A stretch of DNA of 64,000 bases from Scenedesmus sp. PABB004. Taxonomy: Eukaryota. Positions 1 through 11,403 of this stretch are shown piece after piece (positions within the stretch are counted from its first letter, which is position 1; each line of letters begins with the position of its first letter). A program made the position numbers and the translations under genes. Under the pieces are notes generated by a model. The model saw only the letters and a program-made list of their open reading frames with translations, searched no databases and had not been told where the DNA came from. The stretch is taken from NCBI GenBank assembly GCA_014905635.1, contig CM026547.1, positions 2,666,001 through 2,730,000 on the forward strand, read 5' to 3'.

Positions 1-1198
1 GCGCTGCGCCGCGTGCTGGCCGCGTTCAGCGCGCACGACCCGGCCGTCGGCTACGTGCGCGGCATGAACGCCATAGCGGCGCTGCTGCTCCTCGCCGCCA
101 ACAGGCGCGGCACGGCGCGGCGGCCGCCGCCAGCGCGGGGCCATCGCCGAACGGCGTCCGAGCGCGCCCGCGCGCGCGCCGCCGCCGGCGCGCAGGAGCG
201 AGGCCACGGCGTTCTGGCTGCTCGTGGCGGTGGTGGAAGATATCGCGGCGCCGGGCACGTTTGACTCGCACCTCGCGGGCTGCCAGGTCGAGATGCTCGC
301 GCTGCGCGAGCTGCTCACGAAAAAGCTGCCGCGCCTCGCGGCGCACCTCGACGCGCTGGACGCCGACGTCAGCATGTTTGCGACGGACTGGTGAGTGCCG
401 GCGGCGGCGGCGGGCCCGCCCCCGGGAGGCGCGGCGGCGGGGCGGCGCGGACCACCGGTCGGGGAGCACAGTGCGCCCCGCCCACGCCCAGCGCGCGCGC
501 GCGGCCGCAGGTTCCTAACCCTCTTTGCGACGTCGCTGCCCGCCGAGACGGTCATGCGCGTGTGGGACTCGGTCTTTTTCGAGGGCGCCAAGGTCATCTT
601 TCGCGTCGCGCTCGCGCTGCTGCAGGCACACGAGCCCGCGCTGCTGGCGTGCGACGACCTGGGTGCGGCGGCGCGGCGGCGCCGCAGCGTGTGTCGCGCC
701 GCAGCGCGCCCGGACGCGCCGGGCTCAGCGCCGCGCCGCGCCCCCCTGCCGGCCGCCGCCAGGCGAGCTGGTGATGGCGGTGCGGGGCGCGGCTGCGGGC
801 TGCCACGACCGCGACGGCCTGATGGAGGGGGCCTTTTCCGGCATCGGCTCGCTGCCCATGGCCGTGATCGAGCGCCACCGCGAAGCGCGCAGCGCCGAGG
901 TCGCGGCCGCCGTGCGGGAGCGCCAGGCGCTGCGCAACCGGCAGGCGCTGCGCGGCGCGCTCGACGCGCAGCTCGCCCCGCACGGCGAGCTCGAGGCTGC
1001 GCCGGCGCCCGGCCAGCTCGCCGCCGCGCTGAGTGGCGCGCGCGAGGCGGCAGCGACCGGCATGGGGTGGCCGAGGTGCTCGGCAAGCAGGCGGCGAGCA
1101 GCCTCAGGAAGGGCATCGGCAGCCTCGCGGGCCGCGTGCAGGCGGCGGTGGCGGAGCAGCGCGAGCGCGCGAGCGGCGGCGGCGGCGGGCGGCCGTGA
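1..1198 (+). CDS. TBC-domain Rab GTPase-activating protein, 5' partial, spliced
   Basis: Spliced motifs VGYVRGMNAIAALLL..AFWLL..FATDW|FLTLFATSLPAETVMRVWDSVFFEGAKVIFRVALALL; introns at ~105-195, ~391-510, ~663-762; apparent 1-nt slip in the G run near 1064 before the C-terminus ending at 1198. Confidence 0.9.
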
Positions 1199-1409
1199 GG
1201 AGGAGAGCGTGTGAAGAGCGGCTGGGGCAAAGCGCGCTGGCACGACCCGCCCCCGCATCAATGATCATTGATGCGCGGGCGTCATGACGCCCGCGCTCGC
1301 ACCTTCGCTCGCGCGGCGGCAGCGCGTGCACCTCCACGATCGATCCACTGCGCTCCCCGACCGCCCTTTTCACGCACTGCCCCCAGCGCACCACGCCCGG
1401 CCGATCGCG

Positions 1410-2494
1410 ATGACGCCGCGCGCCGCGCTCGTCGTGCTCGCAGCGGCCGTTGCCGCCGCGCTGCTGCTCGCGGCCCCGCCCGTGCGCGCCGCCAAGGCAC
1501 AGGCACGCGCCCCGCGCCGCGCCGCCGCGCGCGCCGCCACCGCGCGCGCCGCCGCGCGCTGCCCCTCACGCCCCCGCCGCCCGCACCCCGCAGAGCGCGG
1601 CGACGCTGCAGACGCCCAACCCGGGCAGCGTGGAGAGCTTTGAGCTGCTCGACCCGGCGGTGCAGACGGCCGACCCCGGCGAGCTGCTCTCCACCGACGA
1701 CGGCGCGGCCGGCGGCGAGGGCGCGCTCGCAGGCGCCGCGCACGCCGCGCAGCGCGCGGCCGAGCGCGTCGGCGGCGCCGCGGCGCGCTCCGCGCACAAC
1801 GCCGCGACCGACCCCACCTACGCGATGACCGGCGCGCACGCGGCCGGCGAGCGCGCCGCGGAGGCGCTGCGGCGCGCCGCGGGCCGCGCGGCCGGCTCCG
1901 CGCGCGAGGCGGGCGAGGGCGCCGCCGCCGCAGCGGCCGACGCCGCGGGCGGCGCGCGCGAGGCCGGCGCCGACGCGCTGCACCGCGCGGGCGAGACCGC
2001 CGACGCGGCGCGCCAGGCCGCTGCCGACCAGGCCGACGAGGCCGCGCGGCGCGGCGGAGACCTGGGACGCGGCCAGGGACGCGGCCAAGCAGCGCGCCGC
2101 GGACGCCGCCGAGGCCGCGGGCGACGCGGGCGAGGGCCTGCGCGGCCGTGCCGCGGAGCTCCTCGTGCGGGCCAAGGGCGCGCTCGGCGGCGGCGCCGAC
2201 CAGGCGCACCACGCCGCGGACCGCGCGCAGGAGGAGATGGTGCGGAGGCCCGCGCGCGCGCCAGCCATGGTGCTGGCTGAGCCATGCTGGCCGCAGCGCC
2301 GACCCTGGGCCGCCGCCGCACCGCGCCCGCGCTCGCGCTCGCAGGCCGCCGCGTCGCGCGAGGTGTCGGAGCAGGCGCTGGAGGCGGAGGCCGCGCGCGT
2401 GCAGGGCGGCGGGGGCGAGGAGGACGAGCGCGACCTGGTGGGCCGCGTGACCGACGCCATCAAGGGCCTGCGCAAGCCCAGCGTCGAGCTGTGA
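1410..2494 (+). CDS. Secreted Ala/Glu/Asp-rich LEA-like protein
   Basis: Signal peptide MTPRAALVVLAAAVAAALLLAAPP; helical AAETWDAARDAAKQRAADAAEAAG-type repeats; two introns; frame slip near 2050. Confidence 0.55.
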
Positions 2495-2716
2495 GCGTGG
2501 CGGGCGGGCAGGCCGTGGACCGGCGGCGGGCGGCGCGTGCCGGGAGGGGGCAGGGGGCCCTTGCGGGGTGCGGTGCGCGTTGACGCGTTGCGTGTGCAGC
2601 GGCTTGTAGGCAGTTGCGGGGGGGGGGGGGGGGGTGCATCGAGCGTGACTGCGCGTTGCAAGCCCAGGTCCCGCCACCCAGGTCCCAGGCCAGCCCCCGC
2701 GGCGCAGCCGCGCGCG

Positions 2717-4504
2717 TCACGCCGCGCCGCTGGCCTCGTCCGGCGCAGCCCCGCCCCCTGCTGGAGCAGCTGCGGCAGCCGGCTCGGCCTGCAGCTCCTC
2801 GTCGGTGCTGCTGCGCGGCAGCGCGGCCAGCAGGCTCGCGTCCACGCCCGGTGGCAGCTCGTACAGCACCTGTGGCGCGGCGCCGCCGGTGCGTCGTCGG
2901 GGCAAGAGGGCCGGTGCCGCGAGCGCAGCTAGCAGCGCCCGGCGGCGGCGCCGCCGCCGCGCGCTCTGGGTCCCGCCCGACCGCGCACCCGCTCGAGCAC
3001 CAGGCCGTGCGGCGGCGCCGCCTCGACCTCGAGCCGCGCGCGGTCGCCCGCGTCCAGGAGCTGCTTGAACTGCGCGGGGCGCAGCCGCCCGTGGCCCACC
3101 TCGACCAGCCCCGCGGCGATCACGCGCACCATGCTGCCGCGGCGCGGCGCGGCGCGGCGCGGCGCGGCGCGGGCAGCGCGGCGCGCGGGCGGGCTCGGCG
3201 GGCAGGCGGGCGCCGCCGGCGCGCCGCCTCCCCCGCCTGCGCGCCCGCGCGCCCCAGCACGCACCCCGCCGCGCCCGGCCAGCGCACTCACCGGTACAAA
3301 AATCCGCTGCCCTCCAGGTGCACGTCGACGCACCCGGGCGCGCCCCCCGGCACCACGTCGGCGCGCCAGAGCAGGCGCGTGTTCTTCTCGGGCGTCCGCA
3401 CCGGCTTGACGCCCGCCGCCGCGAGCGCGGCGAGCTTGGGCTTCTTGCGCTTCAGCGCGCCCAGCCCTGCGCGGCGCGGCGCGGCGCGGCGCTCGGCGCG
3501 GCGCGCGGCCGCGCCCGCCGCCCCCGTGCGTGGCGTGGGTTTGATGATGACGCAGAACTGCCCGCCCCTGCGCGCGCGCGCCCACCTGCGGGTCGCTTGT
3601 TGTCGGCGAATGTGCTGAAGTCTTTGACGCCCGTCAGGTGCGCCGCGGCCTCGGCCATCGCCGCGACGTCGAGCAGCAGGTCGGCGGGCGCCTGCGGCTT
3701 GCCCCGCGCGCGCTCGCACCAGCGGTCGTGCACCCACCAGCGCGCGCGCGCCGACAGAGGGTCTGGCGTGGCCTCCCCTGACAGCCGGTACACGTACGCC
3801 TTGCCAACGCTGCTGAAGTGGGCGTCAAATCCTGCCGGCGGGCGCGGCGCGCGCGGCGCCGTGCGCCCGTTTGGCCGCCGGCGCCCGTGCGCCGCGCCAC
3901 CGCCGCGCGCCAGCTGCGCGCGCCCGCCCGCCGCGCGCGCCCGCCGCCGCACCTGGCGGCGCGAGCTCGAGCGCGCGCAGCTTGACGTCGTCGGGCAGCA
4001 CGCCGTTGAAGCACATCAGCAGGCTCGCCAGGCTGCCCAGGCCGTCGGCGCTGCCGGCCACGTCCAGGTGCGCGACCTGGCCCGCCGCGTGCGCGCCGCC
4101 GTCGGTGCGCGACGCGCCGACCACGCGCGACGCCGGCAGCAGCACGCGCGCTGCCGCGCGCTCGAGCTCGCCCTGCACGGTGCGGACCTTGCCGGCCTGG
4201 AACTGTGAGCACGGGCGGCGCCGGCGTCGGGCGCGGCGCCGGCCGCGCGGCCGGGCTCGCGGGCGGGCGCGCGAGTCCGCTGCGCGGGCGGGCGCGCCTG
4301 AAAGCCGGCAAAAGAGGTGCCATCATACGCAACCGTGAGCTTGAGCCGGCAGCTGCCCTGCGCCAGCGGCTCCACGGGCCGCGCCGGCAGCGCCGCCGGC
4401 GGCGCCGCCAGGCGCCGTGGCGCCAGCGGCGCCACGGGCCGCGCCGGCACCGCCGCCGGCAGCGCCGCCAGGCGCCGCAGCGGCGCCGGCCGCGCCGGCC
4501 GCAT
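2717..4504 (-). CDS. truA: tRNA pseudouridine synthase, TruA family (organellar type), spliced; start uncertain
   Basis: LKLTVAYDGTSFAGFQ|FQAGKVRTVQ, GASRTDGGAHAAGQVAH, GVKDFSTF, GSGFLYR|SMVRVIAAGLVEVG, APPHGLVLER. Confidence 0.93.
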
Positions 4505-4817
4505 GCCGCCTGCAGCGGGGGCACCGCTGCCGCCGGCGGCCGGCTGCTGCCGCCGGCCGCCGCGAGGCCGGGGGTCGTGGGCTGCCGGCGTCGAGTCGAG
4601 AGGAGGGCTACCGGGTCGCCGGGGCCGGCCGCGCCACGCTTGGGCTGCCCCCCTGACGGCGGCGGCGGCGGCGGCGCGCAGCAGCGGCGCCGGGCGTTCG
4701 GCGGGCGGCGCGGCGGCGCGGCGGCGCGGCGGGCGGCGGCGCGTGGCTGGGGTGCGCGACGGGCGCCGGGGGCAGCGTGGGGACGCGCCGGCGGGCCAGT
4801 CAACTCGGCATTTCTGA

Positions 4818-5240
<423 letters not shown>

Positions 5241-5918
5241 GGGGGGTGGGGCACGGGGGGAAGCCTCTCGCGACCCCCCGCCGCCCGGGGCCCCCGCCCG
5301 CCCCCGGGCCGCCCCCCGGCGCGTCGCCCCGGAGCCCTGCCGGCCCTGGCCGGCGGCGCGGCGCGGCGCGGCGCCCGGGCGGCGCGCGGCGCGGCCCGGC
5401 GCGCCGGCGCGCGGCGCTGCTGTCGCGCGCGCGCGCGGCGCCGCGGCGGCGGGCGGCGCCGCCGCGCGGCGCCGCCGCGCGGCGCCGCCGCAGCGCAGGG
5501 GCGGGCTTGAGGCGGCGGGTGAGGGGAGGGGGGGGCACGGCGCCGCGCGCCCGGCACGTGCCGTGCCCTGCTGCGGCGAGGGCGGGCAGGGGGCGCCGCG
5601 CACGCGCCCGGGGGGCCGCGCCCGCTGGCGCCGGGGGCCAGCAGGGCGGCGGGCGGCCAGGCCGCTGCACAAGCGGCTCGGCACGCCAGGGCGCCGCGGC
5701 CGCGCGCGCCGCATGCGCGCCTGCCGCCGCCGGCGGCGGCGGCAGGCCGGCGGGGGTCGCGTCGGAGCGCGCGCGCGCGAGTCTGCGTGTGTCCAGTGGG
5801 GAGCGGGGAAGGGAGGGGGGTTACCGCAGGCACCGGGCATCAGCATCCGCATTGCTGCCGCCGGCAGCAGCCGCCGTGCAGGCAGGGTAACGCGCGACCG
5901 ACGCGCGGCCGACCCCCG

Positions 5919-6911
5919 TCAGCTGTCGCCGCCGCCGCGCCCCGCCCGCGCCTGCTGGCTGCGCTGCACAAACGCCAGCTCGTCCGCGGTGAGCAGGTCG
6001 TCAAACGCGATGGGCTCGCCGCCCGGCTGCGCGCCGCCCGCCGCGTCGCCGTCCGGCTGCGCCCGCGCCTGCTGCTGCTGCAGCTCGCCCGCGCCGCCGT
6101 GCCCGCCGCCCGCGAGGCGGCTGCCGCGCATGCGCACGAGGTAGGCCTCGGGGTTCATGGGCTCAAAGCCCGGCGGCAGCGCCCAGCCCAGGCCGCGGTC
6201 GCGCAGGCGCCGGCGCGGCGGCTGCGCCGGCACGAGCTCCACGCCGGTGAAGGGGTGCTGTGGGCCGGGGAAGACGCGCAGCTTGCGCAGCCGCGCGTCG
6301 CGCAGGTTGTTCTTGGGCAGCATGCCCGCGACCGTGCGGCGCAGGATCTCGGCCGGGTCGCGCCGCCACAGCTCGCGCGCGGTGATCTCCTTCAGGCCGC
6401 CCGGGTAGCCTGCGCGGCGCGGCGCGGCGCGGCGCGGCGGCTCGGCGGCTCGGCGTGTGGCGGCGCGGTGGCCCGGCGCACGGCGGCGCGGCGCGGCGCG
6501 GCAACGCGACGCGGCGGCTCGCCACCGCGCGGCGGCTCGGCGGCGCGGCGCGTCTGTGCGTGGGCGCGCGCACCTGTGTGCCAGCGGTAGACCTTGGCCT
6601 CCCACTTGTTGCCCGTGAAGACGGCGCGCTCGGCGTTGACCACGACGCACACGTCGCCGGCGTCCTTGTGGGGCGCGTACGTCGGCTTGTCCTTGCCCTG
6701 CAGCAGCATCGACAGGTACGCCGCCAGGCGCCCGATGACCTGCGCGCGCGCGACCCGGCGGCGGCGGTGGGCGCACGCGCGGCGGGGCGGGGGCGGCGCG
6801 CGGCTGCCGCGCAGCTCGCACCTGGTTGTCTGCGTCGATGAGGCGCATGCGCAGGCCGGTGAAGTCCACCCGCTCCAGGCCCGCGAAGGGGCGGGCGGGG
6901 TTGGGCGGCAT
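5919..6911 (-). CDS. MRPL13: Ribosomal protein uL13, mitochondrial type, 3 exons
   Basis: IDADNQ|VIGRLAAYLSMLLQGKDKPTYAPHKDAGDVCVVVNAE..YRWHTG|YPGGLKE..VAGMLPKNNLR. Confidence 0.93.
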   Translation of the reverse strand: MPPNPARPFAGLERVDFTGLRMRLIDADNQVRAARQPRAAPAPPRVRPPPPPGRARAGHRAPGGVPVDAAAGQGQADVRAPQGRRRRVRRGQRRARRLHGQQVGGQGLPLAHRCARPRTDAPRRRAAARWRAAASRCRAAPRRRAPGHRAATRRAAEPPRRAAPRRAGYPGGLKEITARELWRRDPAEILRRTVAGMLPKNNLRDARLRKLRVFPGPQHPFTGVELVPAQPPRRRLRDRGLGWALPPGFEPMNPEAYLVRMRGSRLAGGGHGGAGELQQQQARAQPDGDAAGGAQPGGEPIAFDDLLTADELAFVQRSQQARAGRGGGDS

Positions 6912-7430
6912 GGCACGCGCGCCGGCGGCGGCGGCCGCCGATCCGCTGCCGCCGCTGCTGCCGCGCCGACTGCCGGCAGGTCGGGCCCGCGCTGGCTGCG
7001 GGCGAGCGCGGCTGGGCTCGGGCGCGGGTGACGACGACGGGGCGCCGGTCGGCGGGGCGGCCCGGGGGCTGTGGGGCCGGGGGCGCGCGCTTGATGCGAG
7101 AGGCTGGGCAGCGCCGCTGCCGAGCAGCGGGAGAGCGCGGGGCGCGGCCGTGTCTGAGGTTGTGCGCCAGCGGGCCCGGCGACCGAGCCCACGCGCCAGC
7201 TGCGCGGCTAAAACACGAGTGACGCGCCGCGCGCTGCGGCTCGCCGCCGCCAGCGCCGCCGAGCGCCACTGTCCCGGACGCTGCTCTCACCCGCCCGCTG
7301 TGCACGTGCTTCTGCATCCCGCGAGGCGCAGCAGCGCTGAGAGGCGCCACGCGCGGCGCAGACCGCTGCGGCGGCGCGCCCAGCCTCCCCCGCGCCGCGC
7401 GCTGCCCCGCATGGCCTGACCCCGCAGCCC

Positions 7431-8924
7431 ATGGAGCAGAGCGGCGCGGAGGGTGGCGAGCCAGCCCTGGAGGCGGCGGCTGTGGCGAGCAGCGCCGGCG
7501 CTGCTGACGCCGCGGGGGCCGCTGCTGTAGCGCTGGCGGCGGAGCAGGCGGCGCAGCTCGACGACGACGAGGACGAGCTGGACGACGACGCCGACGACGC
7601 CAGCAGCGACGAGGACTACAACCAGCGCAACTTTGGCATCTTCCAGGCGCTGCCGGTCGAGGAGGGCGAGCCCGACTGGTCCCTCGGTGCGGTGGCGCCG
7701 CGGCGGGCACCGCGGCGGCAGCGGGGCGGCGGCGCGGCGGCGCGGCGCGGCGGCGCGGCGCGGCGGCGGCCGACGTGCGGCGCCGCCCGGCACGCAGGCG
7801 AGCCCGACAGCGCGGAGGAGTACCTGCGGCGCGTGCGCTTCGAGGCGGCGCGCTGCCCCAAGGCGAGGCGCGCGGCGCGGCGCCGGCCGGGGGGCGACGC
7901 GGGATCGCTGCCCGCCGCGCCCGGAGCCGCCGACGCGCTGCCGCCGCGCGCGCCGCCGCCGCGGCCGCCGCAGGTCGTGCGCGTGGAGCCGGCCGCCGGC
8001 GCGCTGGACGCCAGGCCGACCAAGCGCCTGCCGCAGCCGCAGCCCATCGCGGACGCGCCGGACTGGGCCAAGCCCAGCCGCAGCTGGGTGCAGAAGTTTG
8101 TGTCAGACTTTCAGGCGCTGCGGCTGGAGGTCGCCGCAGCCTACGCGGCGGGCGGTGCGCGCGGCGGCTGGCGGCGTCCCGCGCGCCGGCACCTCGCAGC
8201 AGGAGGGCGTGGCGCCGGCGCCCCCCTCGCCCGCCCCGCCGTGACCGCCGCCCCGCCACGACCGCCGCCGCCGCCGCCGCGACCGCAGCCTACCCGGCCG
8301 CGGCCGTGCCGCACCTGCGCGACGTGGACGCGTGGGACCGCGCGTGCTTTGGCAGCGCGGCGCAGGCCGAGGCGCTCGGCGTCGCGGCGGCGGCGGGCGA
8401 TGGCGCAGCTGGCGCGGAGCTGACGCAGCTGACGCCGGGCATCTGCGCCAAGATCATGGCGCTGCAGCCGGTGAACGCGCTGCGCCGGCGCCCCGGCGCC
8501 GCCGCCGGGCGGGGGCCCGCGCCCACGCGCGCCGCCGCCGCCGCCGACGCCGCCCGCGCCGCCGCCGCCGCCCGCGCCGCCGCCGCCGCCCGTGCCGCCG
8601 CCGCCGCGGGGCGCGCAGCCGGACGTCGTCGCGCTCTTCCTCCGCCACGCGGCGCAGCTGGAGGAGCACTGCCCCGCGGACCTGCCGCTGCTGCGCGCGC
8701 AGTGGCTGTTTGCGCTCGCCGCGCGGCTGGAGAAGCCGTGCGACGCCGACGTGGCGGCCGGCTTCCGCGCGGTGCTGCGGCACTGCTGCCGCCTGCGCGC
8801 GCGCGTCGCCGCGCCGGGCGACCCGCTGCTGCCCAAGCTCAACGTGCTCATCGTCACCGCGGGCGCCTACTTTGCACAGGACGAGCGGCTCTGCGGCATC
8901 GTGGACGCGTCGGAGCTGCCGTGA
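7431..8924 (+). CDS. GEMIN2: Gemin2 / SMN-interacting protein 1, spliced
   Basis: PDSAEEYLRRVRFEAARCPK|VVRV; AQWLFALAARLEKP..FRAVLRHCCRLR..LNVLIVTAGAYFAQ. Confidence 0.88.
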
Positions 8925-8996
8925 CGAGCGCGCTGCGTGGTTTCTTGCGCGGCGGCGGCGCGCCTCCCGCGCTCTCTCCCACCGCGCGAGCGCGTG

Positions 8997-9001
8997 TGTA
9001 A
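8997..9001 (+). terminator. TGTAA chlorophyte polyadenylation signal (Gemin2)
   Basis: TGTAA about 70 nt after the stop codon. Confidence 0.7.
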
Positions 9002-9068
9002 CACCAGAGTGCCTCGGTTTCGCCGCGCTGGCCCGGTCGGCGGCGCGCTTGACCGCGCCTCCGACGCC

Positions 9069-9979
9069 ATGGCCTACACCTCCCGCGCCTACGCGGTGCG
9101 CAGCGCCATGAAATCGCGGCCTAGTGGCGCCTGACCGCGGCCCCAGCGCTCCTGGGCGCCTGGGGGCGCCGACAGCCCCGATGCTGCGCCCGGAGCGCGG
9201 CCGTCTGAGGGCTCGCGGCCGCGCCTGCGCGCGCAGAGCTGCTGGACCTACGACAGGAACGGCACTGCCTTCAACGACCGAGTCGGGCAGCTGCTGGCCG
9301 ACGGCGCGGACATCCAGGCGCGCACGCTGCGCTGGCGGCGGCCGCGCGGCACTCCCCAATTCCACGCCGCGCCTCGGCAACTCGGGCGGCACCCGCCGCC
9401 GCGCGCCGCTCGCAGGCCTCCACCACTCGCGCGGCGCTGGCGACCGCGGCGGCAGAGGCGGCGCTGCAGCGCGCCGCCGTGCCGCCGCCGCCTGCCGCGC
9501 CCGACCTGATCACGCCTGGCGCGCCACCGCGGCCCGGCGGCGCGCGCGCGCAGCCCTGCGCGGGCCCGCGCCCCGGCTACGCCTGGGTCGACGCGCAGGG
9601 CCGGCCCGTCGCAGTCGGCCCCCCCGCGAGCGCCGCGCTCGTGGCGGCCGCCGCCTGCGACGCGCCGGCCGCGGCCGCCGCGCGCGGCGGCGGCGGCGGC
9701 GCCCCCGCGGCGACGGGCGCGACCGCCGACGAGCGCAGCCAGGCGCTCTGGCGGCGCATCAGCCCGGGCCGCCTGCCGGGCTGCTCCGCCACGCCGCTGG
9801 CGACGAGCGCCGAGGCGCACGCGTGGCAGGGGGCCGAGGCGGAGCGCCCCGACACGACGCACCACCTCAAGCGCACCGATTTCGCAGCCTACGCGGAGGC
9901 CTCCCTGCGGGAGATGCATCACATAAAGGCGGCGGCCAACGCGCGTGCGGAAGCGCGTCACGCGTCGGGGTCACGCTGA
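9069..9979 (+). CDS. Hypothetical protein, 3 exons, possibly axonemal
   Basis: Spliced MAYTSRAYA|SCWTYDRNGTAFNDRVGQLLADGADIQ|ASTTRAAL...HHLKRTDFAAYAEASLREMHH; introns 9096-9236 (GT-AG) and 9318-9415 (GC-AG) give one frame. Confidence 0.65.
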
Positions 9980-11077
9980 CGCGTCGGGCGCCGCGTCGGG
10001 CGGCGGCGGCAGGCCCGCCGCAAGCTGGCAGGCCAGGATCATGGCACCCACATCCTTTTGACCGTGTCCGTTTGCGCTCGCGCACAGCAGGCTGTGAAAC
10101 ACCGCGTCTGGCACGGGCGGGCGGGTCGGCGGGCGGGCGGGTCGGCGGGCGGGTCGGCGGCGCGCGGCGCGCGGCGCGCGAGGCCGGCGGCGGCGCGGGC
10201 AGCCCGCCGCCGCACCCGGCGTCGCAAGCGGCGCGCGCGCCGCCTCTGCGAGCGCGCGCACGTAGCGCACGTCCTTGAGCGCGAGGTCGACGGTGAACCC
10301 CGCGGTCGCGTCAAACTCGCCCGCCGCCATGCGCCGCGCGTAGCCCTGCACCGCGGGCGCGGGGAAGAACGCGTCGACCAGGCCCAGCACCGCGTCGCGG
10401 GGCAGGCCGGCCTTGTCGGCCAGCGTGAGCGCCTCGGCGACGACGTGCACAAACCCAAAGAGCGCGCCGTTGCCGATGAGCTTCAGCGCGCTCGCCGCGC
10501 GCGCCGTCGCGAGCGGCGCCAGCAGGCGCCCGTGCGCCGCGAGCAGGGGCGCCGCGCGCGCCACCGCGGCGGCGGGGCCGCCGGGCGCCACGACCAGGCG
10601 CGCCGCCGCGGCCGCGTCGGGGCGGCCCCACACCGGCGCCGCGACGTACGCGCCGCCTGCCGCCGCGACGGTGGCTCTGGCGGCCTCCGCAAAGGCGGCG
10701 GTGCAGGTGGAGTGGTTGATGATCAGCGCGCCGGCGCGGAGGCCCGCACCGCACAGCGCGCCCAGCACGCTGTCGCACGCGCCGTCGTCGGCGAGCATGA
10801 GGCAGATGGCGCCGCAGCCCGTGGCCAGCTCCGCCAGGCCCGCCGCCTCGCGCACGTGCTCCCCGAGCGCCAGCAGCGGCGCGGCCTTGCCGGGGGTGCG
10901 GTTGTGCAGCAGCAGGCGGCCGGTGCCGGGGTGCCGGGCCAGCGCGGCCGCCGCGTTCGCGGCCATGCCCCGCCCCATCGCCCCGAGGCCCACGAAGCCG
11001 ATGTCGCCGGCCGGCAGCGCGCTCGCCGCCGCGGTCTCCGCCGCTGCTGCCGCCGTCGCGGCTGCGGTGTCCGCCAT
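9971..11077 (-). CDS. NAD(P)-dependent 3-hydroxyisobutyrate / 6-phosphogluconate dehydrogenase family protein
   Basis: IGFVGLGAMGRGMAAN, LHNRTPGKA, INHSTC, YVAAPVWG, LKLIGN, FTVDLALKDV; one in-frame intron near 10113-10216. Confidence 0.92.
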   Translation of the reverse strand: MADTAAATAAAAAETAAASALPAGDIGFVGLGAMGRGMAANAAAALARHPGTGRLLLHNRTPGKAAPLLALGEHVREAAGLAELATGCGAICLMLADDGACDSVLGALCGAGLRAGALIINHSTCTAAFAEAARATVAAAGGAYVAAPVWGRPDAAAAARLVVAPGGPAAAVARAAPLLAAHGRLLAPLATARAASALKLIGNGALFGFVHVVAEALTLADKAGLPRDAVLGLVDAFFPAPAVQGYARRMAAGEFDATAGFTVDLALKDVRYVRALAEAARAPLATPGAAAGCPRRRRPRAPRAARRRPARRPARPPTRPPVPDAVFHSLLCASANGHGQKDVGAMILACQLAAGLPPPPDAAPDASA

Positions 11078-11403
11078 GGCGCCGCGCGCAGGGCTGCGAA
11101 GCTGCTCTGGGTGCTCCAGCCGACTGGTACAGCTGGCCGGGAGGGCGGTGGCGCGCCGCACTGCGCTCGGGGCGCACGCCGCGGCGCGTGTGACCCCGCG
11201 CCGCCGTCACGTCGCGGAACCGCCGCCGCTCTCTTCGCCGCGCGGCCGGCCCGACGGCACCCACACTCTCCGCCGCCTCGACTCCGCGAGGGAGGGGCGT
11301 GCGGTCTCGAGCGCGGCGGCCTGCGCGCGTGCGGTCTCGAGCACAGCGGCCTGCGCGCCCCTCCGCAGCCTTCCGGCTGCAACAACGGACGTGGGGGCGC
11401 GCC

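Noticed and set aside
1055..1075. Frame shift in the TBC gene 3' end as programmed frameshift or pseudogene
   Set aside because: One extra G in atggggtgg restores MGVAEVLGK; a homopolymer consensus error is more likely
2040..2060. Frame shift in the LEA-like gene
   Set aside because: Falls in a CG-repeat run and the protein reads naturally on both sides; likely an assembly indel
5241..5820. Near-pure GC tract after LC8 as a structured ncRNA
   Set aside because: Same pentamer low-complexity texture as introns and UTRs elsewhere; no specific RNA motif
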